In this document: positions 55,986 through 63,626 of the stretch, piece after piece
Layout: the number at the start of each line of letters is the position of its first letter
How positions within the stretch are numbered: position 1 is the first letter of the stretch
NCBI RefSeq assembly: GCF_001194135.2
Contig: NC_068984.1
Location: forward strand, 52,998,430 to 53,062,429
Length of the DNA stretch: 64,000 bases
Source of the DNA: Octopus bimaculoides
Lineage: Eukaryota
Direction of reading: 5' to 3'
Notes under the pieces: generated by a model
The model's input: the letters and a program-made list of their open reading frames with translations, nothing else
Told to the model about the DNA's origin: nothing
Database searches by the model: none
Made by a program: the position numbers and the translations under genes

Positions 55986-57326
55986 ACAACTTTAGATTCA
56001 AATCTACAGCTCCAGCAAACATGCTAAACATTCAGATTATGAGAGAGCCTTTAAGTAGTTGCTCAAACCTTCAGAAACAGCAGTTAAATCTTTCTCAGAC
56101 CACACCCTACTACCTTTAAAAAGAAAGGATCCATTTAAAATGAAGTCCTAAGTGTCTCCCCGCAAAAATATGGCAGGGTCATTGTGAGAATACTTGTGAT
56201 CATAGGACTGCATGAGCAAGGCAGATCTCAGACTACACAGCAACAATATCAACATTTGCTTTATAGCTAACAGTGGTTTCAAATTTTGGCACAAGGCCAG
56301 CAATTCCAGAGGATGAAGTAACTCCATAACATCAACCCCAGTGATCAACTGGTACAAATTTTATCAACCCCAAAAGGATAAAAGGCAAAGTCGATCTCAA
56401 CAGAATTTGAACTCAAAATGTAGATGGACAAAATGCTATTATGCATTTGCCTCACATGCTAATGGTTGTACCAGCTTGCCACCCTCTTTGTATCTTATAT
56501 TAGCAAGAAATAACTTTGGCCTAATGTTTCAGAACAATATTCTAAATGGAAAAAGACTTAATGGGATCGTTAGCATAAAGAAGTGAAATAGTAAATCTGT
56601 TTATCACTTTACTTACGTCATTCAATGGAATGCAGCCATTTTGGGACTCTGACTCAAAGAGTTTAGTCAAACAAATTGACCCCAGTATTTATTATTTTTT
56701 AAAGTCTGGGACTTATTCTATTGGTCTCTTTTGCCAAATCAATAAGTTATGGGGACATAAACAAACCAACATCAGTTGTCAAGAATGGTGGGAGGACAAA
56801 GACACACACACAAACATCCACACAGTTTTTGTCTCCCATTGGTTGGCCCAGGGCTATAGTAGAAGACACCTGCCCAACTAAGTGTCATGCAATGGGACTG
56901 AACCTAAGACCATACAGTCATGCTTATATATCTTTGTAAAACCACCACCCTAACACAGGCACACCCATACACACAAAGTTAATAAGCATTGATCCAATGT
57001 ATTTGGGTCACAAAATGTTTTATATTTCAGAATATTTATTTACATCTGTAAACTGGGGCAGCTTCGGCATGGGACCCTGTGTAAGTCATTCACATTTTAT
57101 AATATGGCTTATACAGTGAAAGCAGTTTTATATAAATTTGGTACCAATGGCTTTATACAACACCTTTACTTTTTACACTTTTGTTTTATGCTCCCTTTAC
57201 ACCCTGACCTATTTTTTAAAAACCTTTCCAAGTGATTTCTGAAGTTCTTCATTTGTGGCACTTCTCCAACTCAATAAAAGTTGGGTATTTTTAACATCAG
57301 ATAAAGGATTATCAATTCTAATTCTC

Positions 57327-57367
<41 letters not shown>

Positions 57368-60300
57368 NNNNNNNNNNNNNNNNNNNNNNNNNNNNNNNNN
57401 NNNNNNNNNNNNNNNNNNNNNNNNNNNNNNNNNNNNNNNNNNNNNNNNNNNNNNNNNNNNNNNNNNNNNNNNNNNNNNNNNNNNNNNNNNNNNNNNNNNN
57501 NNNNNNNNNNNNNNNNNNNNNNNNNNNNNNNNNNNNNNNNNNNNNNNNNNNNNNNNNNNNNNNNNNNNNNNNNNNNNNNNNNNNNNNNNNNNNNNNNNNN
57601 NNNNNNNNNNNNNNNNNNNNNNNNNNNNNNNNNNNNNNNNNNNNNNNNNNNNNNNNNNNNNNNNNNNNNNNNNNNNNNNNNNNNNNNNNNNNNNNNNNNN
57701 NNNNNNNNNCTATACAAAAAAAATTATTGATGAGCAATTTTTATGCTCCCTTTTATGGAGCAATCAACAATAAAGGGAAATGGGAATTTATGCAAACTGA
57801 AGCTTCACCACACCAGAGTTTTTAGTCAGTTGGAACATTACAACATAAAGGAAAAGAAAGAAACCATTGACAATGACAAAATGAAAAGTTAAAATGACAG
57901 GTTGATCGGTTTGTCAAGAAAGATTGACAAAATTTTGCAACCACACCTTTATGAAGTTATAACAACATATGGTTTTGACAGATTTCAGTGGGTATATCAT
58001 GTTTAAAAGTTATCTGAATTTATTTTATCAAATAGCAAGGCAGAGTTGATATGGATGTAGTCAAAGCAGCTGAATGAGAAACTGTCATTGACTAAAGACT
58101 GATAACCATATAAAAAATTGAACCTTGAAAGGTCCCCTGAGTAGATAAACTAGTGTATGTATTATACTTAAAACTTATCTAAGGAAAACATAAACCATTA
58201 TTGTTTAACATTTATACCAACTAAACAACTAAGTTGAATCTTACAATAATGAGTATTATTTTTTTTTGCATGTTTATTTTAGAAGAAAATAGTCAAAATT
58301 TGAATAAGGAGTGTAGGGAAATGGTTAGTGTAACAAAGTTAATTATTCGTTTTAAAAAAATGAGACAAAGCTGAAGAAACACTAAATATCAAAAATAGGA
58401 AAAAAATAAAACTTACTCTAATTGATTGATCCATATAAGACTGCAGTGTCTTTGTTCTTTTGGAGAGATCTTGAACAACTCCAGAGTTATCAATAAAACT
58501 TTTTTTATAGAGTTCATTTGTTATAAAGGTACAGACAACAGCAAATCTGAAATAGAATTTTTTTATTTTCAAAAAAAAAAAAAGAAAAAAAAACTGTATT
58601 AGTATAAGTTATATTGTACATTTTCAATAAAAAAGAATTCATAATTATCACTAGTTTCATAAAAGAGAATCTCAGCTTTTACTAAGATAATCATGGTCAG
58701 GTCCAAATGGAAATTTCCTTCAATCATTGATGTTATAACATGGTATAGAGATAGTTTTTACTGCTGACTAAGTTCCCCACAGGTAACCTTTGACTATTTT
58801 ATAGGTACAGGCATGGCTGTGTGGTAAGAAGTTTGCTTCCCAACCACGTGGTTAAAGGAAGTACAGTCTTACTGTGTAGCACATTGGGTAAGCGTCTTCT
58901 GGGCTGACCAAAGTCTTGTAAGAGAGTATTTGGTAGAGAGAACTGTAAGAAACCCATTGTGTGTATGTGTGTCTGTGTGTGTATTGTATGTATGTCTGTC
59001 TGTCACCACTACTTGATAACCAGTGTTGGTTTGTTTACATCCCCATAACTTAGTGCTTCAGCAAAAGAGACCCACAAAATAAGTATGAGGCTTAAAAACA
59101 AGTACTGGGATTAACTCATTTCACTAAAAAGTTGACCACATTGCAATGACTGAAACAACTTGGACATAATAGATAAATCCAAAGTATTCCAGTTTTACAG
59201 CTATGAAACTTTGAATTATCCATGATTGTTAAGTTAGTAAAAGATTACACTCGGTCTATAAAATCAAAAATGAAATTGTGAAAAGAATTATACTAACAAT
59301 ATGATTGTATTCAAAATGACCAAACACGTAACATAAGTTCTTCTTTTATACCGGGCATTTTTGGGATCATATTTCATGTGTCGTCCTCCACATCGGTTAC
59401 AGCATCGACAACAGCAGAGACAACAGCCAATAAGGGGTATTAATATAATGAAGATAAGTCCAATGACAACACAGATTGAATAACCAATGAAATACAGTAC
59501 TATCTGCAATGATAAAATATGTATAAAATAATTTAATATTATTATTTAAATCATATCAAAATATGATCACTCTTTTACCTTTCAATTCATCTTTACATAA
59601 TCATTTTCTCTCGTTTCATCTCTACACATTTCTCAGTTTCCTTCACTTCATTTCAGAATTTCTTCAAAAGTAAATCTAACTTCAAAAATATTTTACCTTT
59701 TAAGGTCCTGATTATATATATACACACACACATGCAAGACAAAGACAAATTGTAAAATACATATATTAAATAAATTATTTACAAGTACTCTCATTTTCAA
59801 TTCACTAGGCAGAAGTTGTTGTCCATTAATGATGATGACAAATGATTTTAAAAATGATTAAAAAAAAGCAAACAACTAAAACACCTCTCCCCCTCCCTCC
59901 TCTCTCTCTCTATATATATAAAATCTTCAGAATCCAATAGAATCAGGTATTTAAATAATAAAAGCACCAAGGTAGAGTCAGAGATAGTATGTCAGTGACT
60001 CTAAGTTACAGATGGGATTCTCCCATCTGTAACCTAGATGGGAAATAATGACCAAACTCAAGTTGGTACATCACAGTTGCTAAGTAAGATGATACATGAT
60101 ATGTAAGTGCTGAAACACTCATACAACAGATTCTATAGAAGTGTCAGGGTCTGTTCATGTAAATGTAAGATAATGCACTTCAATGGCTGTAGATGTGAAT
60201 TGGGGCAAAAGCCACTGATCAGAGGCAAACAACAGTCTAGTTGGTTGGTGAAACAATGGCATCTCAAGGCATCGTTACCCAATTTTCATTTATGTAAGCT

Positions 60301-61474
60301 GTGGTATGACGTCAGTGACTGGGGAGTTGACCGGAAGGGCAAGTTGACCGGAAGAGAAAGAAGGGCAGAGGGAGCCTCGATCGGGATTTCGTGCCCTTTT
60401 CGAACGGGGTTGTTGTCAGGAGAGGACGTGCCAAGCGATTGTCTACATTTGGGAGAAGCAGCTGCTATTCTTAGTGTTCTTCGGGTCGGGGCGAGCCGCG
60501 AGGATCGGATACCGCAAGACAGACTTGCAGTCGAGGAAGGAAAACCGAGGTAAGGTGATTACATCTACTCGCACGCATACACTACATAAGTTACATGTGA
60601 TAATGCATGGCTAAATGGTTAGGGTATTCGGTTCATGATCATAAGGTCATGAGTTCGATTCCCGATGGCGCATTGTGTTGTTGAGCAAGACACTGCATTT
60701 CTCTTTATTCCAGTCCATTCAGCTGACAAAACTGAGTTGTACTTGTATTTCAAAGGACCAGCCTTGTTGCATTCTGTGTCATACTGAATCTCTCTGAGAA
60801 TTACATGCTAAGGGTATGCTAGTCTGTGGAGTGCTCAGCCACTTGCACATTAATTTCACAAGCAGGTTGTTTTGTTGATCAGATCAACTGGAACCCTCAT
60901 CATTGTAATCAATGGAGCACCAATCTTTCATGCTAGAGCTTGCAGTGAATAAATACTATAGAACCAAGTGCATTGATCTGCCTGGGAGGTGGAAGGGAGG
61001 CTATGATACTGCTAAGAAAATGCTGAGGTAAAACACATCAACTTGAACTCATCATATCTATGCACTATATTTGAAACCAAATTGCAGCCACAGCTTTCTG
61101 CAGTTAATTGCATTCATATTTGATTCTTCATTTTTATTTTCTCTGTATACAAGTATTTTACAACTTTGCAAAGCTTAACTTTGACTTAAATTCTCTAATA
61201 TGGGTGTACTTGTCCATGAGCTATACTAATGAGCTACAATGCCTTTTGAAACATGCATCTACATGCATCAGATGATCTTTTATCTTTTGTTTCAGTTGGT
61301 AGACTGTGACCATGCTGGGGCACCACTTTGGAGAATCTTTTATTTGAATGAACTGATTCCAGTACTTATTCTATTGGTCACTTTTACTGAACCACTAGGT
61401 TACAGCAATGTAAACACACCAGCACTGGTTGTTGTCAAGTGGTGGCAGGGGACACAGACATACATACACACAAT

Positions 61475-61513
<39 letters not shown>

Positions 61514-62380
61514 NNNNNNNNNNNNNNNNNNNNNNNNNNNNNNNNNNNNNNNNNNNNNNNNNNNNNNNNNNNNNNNNNNNNNNNNNNNNNNNNNNNNNNN
61601 NNNNNNNNNNNNNNNNNNNNNNNNNNNNNNNNNNNNNNNNNNNNNNNNNNNNNNNNNNNNNNNNNNNNNNNNNNNNNNNNNNNNNNNNNNNNNNNNNNNN
61701 NNNNNNNNNNNNNNNNNNNNNNNNNNNNNNNNNNNNNNNNNNNNNNNNNNNNNNNNNNNNNNNNNNNNNNNNNNNNNNNNNNNNNNNNNNNNNNNNNNNN
61801 NNNNNNNNNNNNNNNNNNNNNNNNNNNNNNNNNNNNNNNNNNNNNNNNNNNNNNNNNNNNNNNNNNNNNNNNNNNNNNNNNNNNNNNNNNNNNNNNNNNN
61901 NNNNNNNNNNNNNNNNNNNNNNNNNNNNNNNNNNNNNNNNNNNNNNNNNNNNNNNNNNNNNNNNNNNNNNNNNNNNNNNNNNNNNNNNNNNNNNNNNNNN
62001 NNNNNNNNNNNNNNNNNNNNNNNNNNNNNNNNNNNNNNNNNNNNNNNNNNNNNNNNNNNNNNNNNNNNNNNNNNNNNNNNNNNNNNNNNNNNNNNNNNNN
62101 NNNNNNNNNNNNNNNNNNNNNNNNNNNNNNNNNNNNNNNNNNNNNNNNNNNNNNNNNNNNNNNNNNNNNNNNNNNNNNNNNNNNNNNNNNNNNNNNNNNN
62201 NNNNNNNNNNNNNNNNNNNNNNNNNNNNNNNNNNNNNNNNNNNNNNNNNNNNNNNNNNNNNNNNNNNNNNNNNNNNNNNNNNNNNNNNNNNNNNNNNNNN
62301 NNNNNNNNNNNNNNNNNNNNNNNNNNNNNNNNNNNNNNNNNNNNNNNNNNNNNNNNNNNNNNNNNNNNNNNNNNNNNNNN

Positions 62381-62432
<52 letters not shown>

Positions 62433-62761
62433 CTGCATCAACTAAGAAACACCACCTAACCAGAAAGTGGTTTCTTCTACAATCTACATAAATTACTAAA
62501 TAGGATATCTACAGCCGATAATGATCTCAAATAACACTCTATTAATTGTGAAATAAAGGATATAAATAGTTCCCAGTTAAGCTAATTAGAAAATAGACTT
62601 CATGAAAGAGAAAAATATTGTTTATGAGGGAAGGGAATGGAGAATAAATTATAAATTATTGTAAAGCATATTTCCATCCATTAGAAAAGACCAACTTACT
62701 TTCTTCACATCGTTCGATTCTTTAGTTTGGTAGTCATTATCACTTGCAAGTCTATACACAT
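1248..62761 (-). CDS. PROM1: Prominin family (PROM1/CD133-like) five-TM glycoprotein, multi-exon, 5'-partial (signal-peptide exon beyond the window)
   Basis: 25 exons with GT-AG sites and matching phases join into one open frame: TM1 plus Cys-rich loop (IGCCLCCCRCCNRCGG), TM2, large glycosylated loop, TM3-Cys loop-TM4 (WYIGLG...LCGERHG...CCNK...AVGFFFLFSWILM), second large loop ending GHCKPLY...VC...NPL, TM5 (NGFWFSLGWAVIFFLPTIIFATKLA), then the tail. These motifs are prominin hallmarks. The symbol denotes the family; 1:1 orthology to PROM1 versus PROM2 is not established. Confidence 0.95.
3590..4325 (-). pseudogene. Decayed RTE LINE fragment (linker and start of RT)
   Basis: Minus frames WLDENNVKIEQLL, KSDIMECWQEHF, SGKASG and NNLEQDSFCQ match RTE ORF motifs; many stops. 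Confidence 0.7.
5640..5925. repeat. 30-bp minisatellite (aacacaggtagagatgaatttgggtggtt)
   Basis: About 7-8 diverged tandem units. Confidence 0.85.
7504..7958 (+). mobile_element. RTE-type 3' UTR/tail repeat copy
   Basis: Shares gttaggaagggcatccagctg and ccatgctagcatggaaag...gatgatgat with 30780-31077; the best-preserved (CpG-rich) copy in the window. Confidence 0.8.
8150..8330 (+). repeat. Unclassified abundant interspersed repeat (gacttgctagaaa.agcagccaaat...atcacaccctac)
   Basis: Similar segments at ~4900-5090(-), 9790-9920(-), 11575-11720, 18180-18370, 47690-47850(-) and 53040-53240. Confidence 0.6.
9255..9640. mobile_element. Two inverted piggyBac-like MITE halves
   Basis: ...aaagagTTAA (9433-36) and TTAAccctttc (9485-); 22-bp exact inverted match at 9313-34 / 9585-9606. 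Confidence 0.75.
11287..11548. mobile_element. hAT (Charlie-like) MITE
   Basis: TIRs cagtggttctcaac / gttgagaaccattg; 8-bp ctctagat at 11279-86 and 11551-58. Confidence 0.85.
12765..12815 (-). CDS. PROM1: Prominin tail exon (DESYSDGENYNQIPLP)
   Basis: 51 nt; tctctgcag / gtaagt; phase 2 to 2; acidic-Tyr followed by IP(L/M), resembling the vertebrate PROM1 tail (DSEDVYDDVETIPM). Confidence 0.8.
13598..13732 (-). CDS. PROM1: Candidate cassette exon made of 5 x 27-nt tandem repeat, encoding SHRGVSPDK-SHRGVTPDK-SHRGVTPDK-SHIGVISDK-SRQDATSD
   Basis: Acceptor tacttctttatag lies immediately before unit 1 and donor AG|gtttgt immediately after unit 5; 135 nt, phase 2 to 2, matching both neighbours. 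Confidence 0.7.
15074..15189 (-). CDS. PROM1: Prominin exon: TM5 and start of cytoplasmic tail
   Basis: 116 nt; NGFWFSLGWAVIFFLPTIIFATKLASLYRCQYKRDPAH; gttttctag / gtaagt; phase 0 to 2. Confidence 0.96.
15485..15920 (+). mobile_element. Second tRNA-derived SINE family (gtgtggtaagaag...gttcagtcccactgc...ctgaaacaagtaaaag)
   Basis: Further copies at ~37185-37530(+), 46495-46800(-), 52040-52430(+), 55220-55380(+), 56680-56910(-), 58805-59165(+) and 61290-61470(-). Confidence 0.85.
15942..16031 (-). CDS. PROM1: Prominin exon with conserved CKP motif (LMDNVGHCKPLYQSAFDISDIVCVTFLNPL)
   Basis: 90 nt; gattttcag / gtaagt; phase 0 to 0; the C-K-P...C...P-L pattern precedes TM5 in prominins. Confidence 0.93.
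16080..16500 (+). mobile_element. Two tandem copies of a third SINE family (gagctggcagaat...gagttcaaatt...ctttgcctttcatcctt)
   Basis: 16080-16270 and 16285-16500 are similar; minus-strand copies at ~10305-10525, 25150-25300, 51330-51510 and 56270-56480. Confidence 0.8.
17529..17597 (-). CDS. PROM1: Prominin exon (VLKMVVKNISAIVVDSIEMVANK)
   Basis: 69 nt; ctttatacag / gtaatt; phase 0 to 0. Confidence 0.87.
18401..18481 (-). CDS. PROM1: Prominin exon (EHLDDLMRDINETENEINKNGTKMISV)
   Basis: 81 nt; gtttttcag / gtaagt; phase 0 to 0. Confidence 0.9.
19172..19560 (-). mobile_element. Full-length tRNA-derived SINE with (CAA)n tail
   Basis: A box tggctcagtgg, B box gtttcgattcc; TSD cctagagtcaa (19159-69) / ccttgagtcaa (19561-71). 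Confidence 0.9.
19824..20038. mobile_element. hAT MITE, same family, opposite orientation
   Basis: TIRs cagtggttccca / gttgagagccactg; TSD ctctacat / gtctacat. Confidence 0.85.
20210..20260 (-). CDS. PROM1: Prominin exon (NRLKKSLDDVTQKMNIT)
   Basis: 51 nt; ttatttcag / gtaaat; phase 0 to 0. Confidence 0.83.
21405..21479 (-). CDS. PROM1: Prominin exon (GALNSTANVLMQIHDVTYLAMVEEK)
   Basis: 75 nt; cttgtatag / gtattt; phase 0 to 0. Confidence 0.85.
23403..23729. repeat. Long inverted repeat (~90-bp arms) enclosing the hammerhead
   Basis: 23403-23495 is the reverse complement of 23644-23729, e.g. tgtggcagtcccaggaaaggg / ccctttcctgggactgccaca. Confidence 0.9.
23542..23613 (+). ncRNA. Type I (minimal, PLE/retrozyme-type) hammerhead ribozyme
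   Basis: ccaga-CTGATGA-agagcaacaaccct-GAAA-ctag-TC-tctgg. Stem I 23559-63/23595-99, extended past an internal loop by agcaaggcca/tggctttgct; stem II ag.g/c.ct; palindromic actagt stem III; predicted cleavage after C23594. Confidence 0.8.
24269..24334 (-). CDS. PROM1: Prominin exon (LGKKILQNDLQVLAHNLSLVFN)
   Basis: 66 nt; ttctttttaaag / gtaagt; phase 0 to 0. Confidence 0.85.
29010..31077 (+). mobile_element. 5'-truncated RTE-clade LINE: RT domain with frameshifts, 3' UTR and (GAT)n tail
   Basis: QFGFVPGRSTTDAIF, RQLQEKY, KAFD, VGVHQGSVLS, ELLYADDL at ~29411, RRLHWFKHVMRM, RGRPKKTW; ends in gatgatgac. Confidence 0.93.
32790..33215 (-). mobile_element. 3' fragment of a HERO/R2-superfamily non-LTR element (restriction-like endonuclease)
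   Basis: KLVLLEL...KKYAELVELCQSNEWQTRCDPIEMGYRGFASQS...SSWLW, the ELT...RK..KY..L...GW...IEVG.RGF pattern of RLE domains, followed by a short 3' UTR. Confidence 0.8.
33607..33753 (-). CDS. PROM1: Prominin exon (ELNRELNDLSNKEIKIDKVSLITPEL...ISEYEEE)
   Basis: 147 nt; attttcag / gtaagt; phase 0 to 0. Confidence 0.9.
34770..35200 (-). mobile_element. Probable decayed Penelope-like element remnant
   Basis: Broken minus-strand frames (CLNKIHS...EIDLK.F.KNG; GILKIQP) loosely resemble the PLE C-terminal region, followed by a hammerhead core. Confidence 0.35.
34774..34820 (-). ncRNA. Degenerate minimal hammerhead ribozyme
   Basis: Minus strand reads ttgaaat-CTGATGA-gtac actat gtat-GAAA-gtgc-TA-attttg; core intact, stems weak (AU/GU-rich). 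Confidence 0.45.
35711..35931. mobile_element. piggyBac-like MITE
   Basis: TTAActcttt...tgctaaaagttca, decayed TTAA-CCCT-type ends. Confidence 0.55.
36185..36957 (+). mobile_element. RTE LINE 3' UTR copy
   Basis: Collinear with 30390-31077 (pyrimidine-rich block, ttgcaagttact, aggaagggcatccagct, tgatgac tail); shorter tails at ~6720-6900, 23815-24020, 43020-43120 and 48940-49180 (minus). Confidence 0.8.
37022..37100 (-). CDS. PROM1: Prominin exon (ENCGKDYSLFNALELDRNITYSVIDIK)
   Basis: 79 nt; ctcctttcag / gtaagt; phase 2 to 0; conserved loop-2 Cys. Confidence 0.88.
37870..37946 (-). CDS. PROM1: Prominin exon (PFLSLFNTTYKFENQIMNIRPYQIL)
   Basis: 77 nt; atttgtag / gtaagt; phase 0 to 2. Confidence 0.85.
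38819..39742 (+). mobile_element. Internally deleted, decayed mariner transposon
   Basis: TA-bounded imperfect TIRs (tatgaagtgcattcaaaagatatcggacttt versus revcomp tacaaggtctgtttaaaaaatatctgaccttt); PYSPHLALCDFWFFPKLK is a variant of the YSPDLAP motif. Confidence 0.85.
40083..40212 (-). CDS. PROM1: Prominin exon: TM4
   Basis: 130 nt; AVGFFFLFSWILMILVIVYFVLGGVLYTEGCRYIDRSHPQRLQ; ccatttcag / gtaaca; phase 2 to 0. Confidence 0.95.
40498..40644 (-). CDS. PROM1: Prominin exon: TM3 and second Cys-containing cytoplasmic loop
   Basis: 147 nt; WYIGLGAASILLLIVIFIYLGILFGLCGERHGENSNCCNKNVAANFLL; phase 2 to 2. Confidence 0.96.
40801..40883 (-). CDS. PROM1: Prominin exon (DVPFDRITNIVDEAEAYRRAHVDYINI)
   Basis: 83 nt; taaacag / gtgagt; phase 0 to 2. 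Confidence 0.86.
41900..42480 (-). pseudogene. Decayed RTE LINE fragment (APE endonuclease to linker)
   Basis: EETGYGYTFFWK at 42335-42370 and WLDYKNYEIKQLI near 41960-42000. Confidence 0.65.
42509..42720. mobile_element. Tc1/mariner-type MITE with perfect 30-bp TIRs
   Basis: agggtggcccaaaagtaggtttacagttat (42510-39) and its exact reverse complement (42690-719); TA on the left. Confidence 0.9.
43486..43559 (-). CDS. PROM1: Prominin exon (NVRKHLTEVTDSVESTLKTLNKSKE)
   Basis: 74 nt; ttctatttag / gtaagt; phase 1 to 0. Confidence 0.86.
44996..45059 (-). CDS. PROM1: Prominin exon (AREKFEDISSNISSVLDKNKN)
   Basis: 64 nt; ttgcag / gtaagt; phase 0 to 1. Confidence 0.88.
45200..45456. mobile_element. 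hAT MITE, same family
   Basis: caatagttctcaac...gttgagaaccacta; interior collinear with 11287-11548. Confidence 0.8.
47477..47545 (-). CDS. PROM1: Prominin exon (LDSQKAMLTKLDKALNISHLAVE)
   Basis: 69 nt; ttttttcag / gtaagt; phase 0 to 0. Confidence 0.87.
48590..48783 (-). CDS. PROM1: Prominin exon (EIKDLRNSVSNLSHSLDNLT...NCTNCNDIK...ANFSK)
   Basis: 194 nt; tttttcag / gtgagt; phase 1 to 0; helical loop with Cys pair and N-glycosylation sequons. Confidence 0.92.
51661..52010 (+). mobile_element. tRNA-derived SINE, same family as 19172-19560
   Basis: Near-collinear sequence; TSD atacgttattt (51650-60) / atatgttattt (52011-21). Confidence 0.9.
52551..52634 (-). CDS. PROM1: Prominin exon (DAGNHTLELFDKSINATSLLNKVEVFGE)
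   Basis: 84 nt; ttattatcag / gtaagt; phase 1 to 1. Confidence 0.85.
54328..54394 (-). CDS. PROM1: Prominin exon (DIKSIIQTETKSLEKNILKEID)
   Basis: 67 nt; ttttcatcaacag / gtaaga; phase 0 to 1. Confidence 0.85.
57329..57709. other. (GT)n microsatellite running into an assembly gap
   Basis: N run at 57368-57709. Confidence 0.98.
58417..58546 (-). CDS. PROM1: Prominin exon: end of TM2 and start of loop 1
   Basis: 130 nt; (L)FAVVCTFITNELYKK...QSYMDQSIR; ttcag / gtaagt; phase 2 to 0. Confidence 0.93.
59298..59503 (-). CDS. PROM1: Prominin exon: TM1, Cys-rich loop and start of TM2
   Basis: 206 nt; IVLYFIGYSICVVIGLIFIILIPLIGCCLCCCRCCNRCGGRHMKYDPKNARYKRRTYVTCLVILNTII; tgcag / gttagt; phase 0 to 2. 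Confidence 0.96.
60290..60555 (+). promoter_or_regulatory. CpG-rich promoter-like island with candidate first exon, antisense to prominin
   Basis: TGACGTCA at 60307-14; duplicated agttgaccggaag (ETS core CCGGAA) at 60325-37 and 60342-54; dense CpGs to 60549; donor GAG|gtaagg at 60549/50. Confidence 0.5.
60600..60925 (+). mobile_element. Older tRNA-derived SINE with related tail
   Basis: gagttcgattccc B box; gtggagtgctcagccacttgcac...ggaaccctc tail shared with the 51661 copy. Confidence 0.75.
61478..62428. other. (TA)n, assembly gap, (CA)n
   Basis: N run at 61514-62380 flanked by dinucleotide repeats; shorter gaps at ~1894, ~14943 and ~55914. Confidence 0.98.
62700..62761 (-). CDS. PROM1: Prominin exon, N-terminal ectodomain (xVYRLASDNDYQTKESNDVKK)
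   Basis: 62 nt, ttttttccag acceptor, gtaagt donor, phase 1 to 0, joins in frame to the TM1 exon. Confidence 0.8.
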
Positions 62762-62891
62762 CTGGAAAAAAAAAAGTCAATAACAAAATGATTATCAAAG
62801 CAAATATGCAAAGGATGAAGATAAACCTTGCTTAGGTCGATACAAACACAGATGTATAGATATGAGGGAGTAATAAGCTAAAGAACACAAA

Positions 62892-63590
62892 TATTGGGTC
62901 ATCCCATAAATAATGCGGTTTTTTCAATTGCATGAACTAAAAGTCAGAGGGGGACAGGATAAATTACCTGCATCAACTTGCTACAAAAGCAGGTAGTAAT
63001 TTTACCTAGTCCTTATTTTTAGTGCAAGTTCTGAAGAGTTACTGACAGTTATTTTTTCAAAATTATAATGGAAGTGATGAAGGAACATATTCAGCATATT
63101 TTGCAACAATGCAACAGAAAGTGTAAGGAATATTAATGTAATTTATGGGGATTGGACAATAAGTGTAACTCAGTGTCAATGGTGGTTCCAGAAATTCCAA
63201 GCTAGAAACTACAGCCTAGAAGATGAACCTCATCCAGGAAGATCTGTAGAGTTCGACGAGGACGTTCTGTAAACTCTGGTGAAACAAAATCCCATTGCAA
63301 CTGTTGAGGAACTAGCAGAGAAGCTTGGATTTGGTTATTCAACCATTCAACAGTACCTGTGTGCCATCAGAAAAGTCAGCAAATTGGGTCAATGGGTTCC
63401 TCACAAACTTTCCAAGTCTAATCGCGCACAGAGAGTGAATGTGTGCTCTTCTTTGCTGTCACATATCACTAATGAACCTTTTTTTGAACCGAATAGTGAC
63501 TGGTGACGAGAAATGGGTTCTCTATAAAAATGTCAGTTGCCAAAGACAGTGAGTAGGGAAAGGAGAAACACCGGCACCCCAGACCAATAA
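62892..63590 (+). mobile_element. Mariner (DD34D-type) transposon, 5' part, inactivated
   Basis: TA plus TIR-like ttgggtcatcccataaataatgcgg; transposase remnants WFQKF...LEDEPHPGR, WVPHKL and VTGDEKWV, with stops and frameshifts. Confidence 0.9.
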
Positions 63591-63626
63591 CTGAAACAAG
63601 ATATATAACACACACACATATATAAA

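Noticed and set aside
60107-60553. 148-aa plus-strand ORF
   Set aside because: Non-ATG start and no recognisable domain; its length is explained by local GC richness
57255-62491. Long ORFs (130-406 aa) in the ORF track
   Set aside because: Artefacts of N gaps and dinucleotide microsatellites
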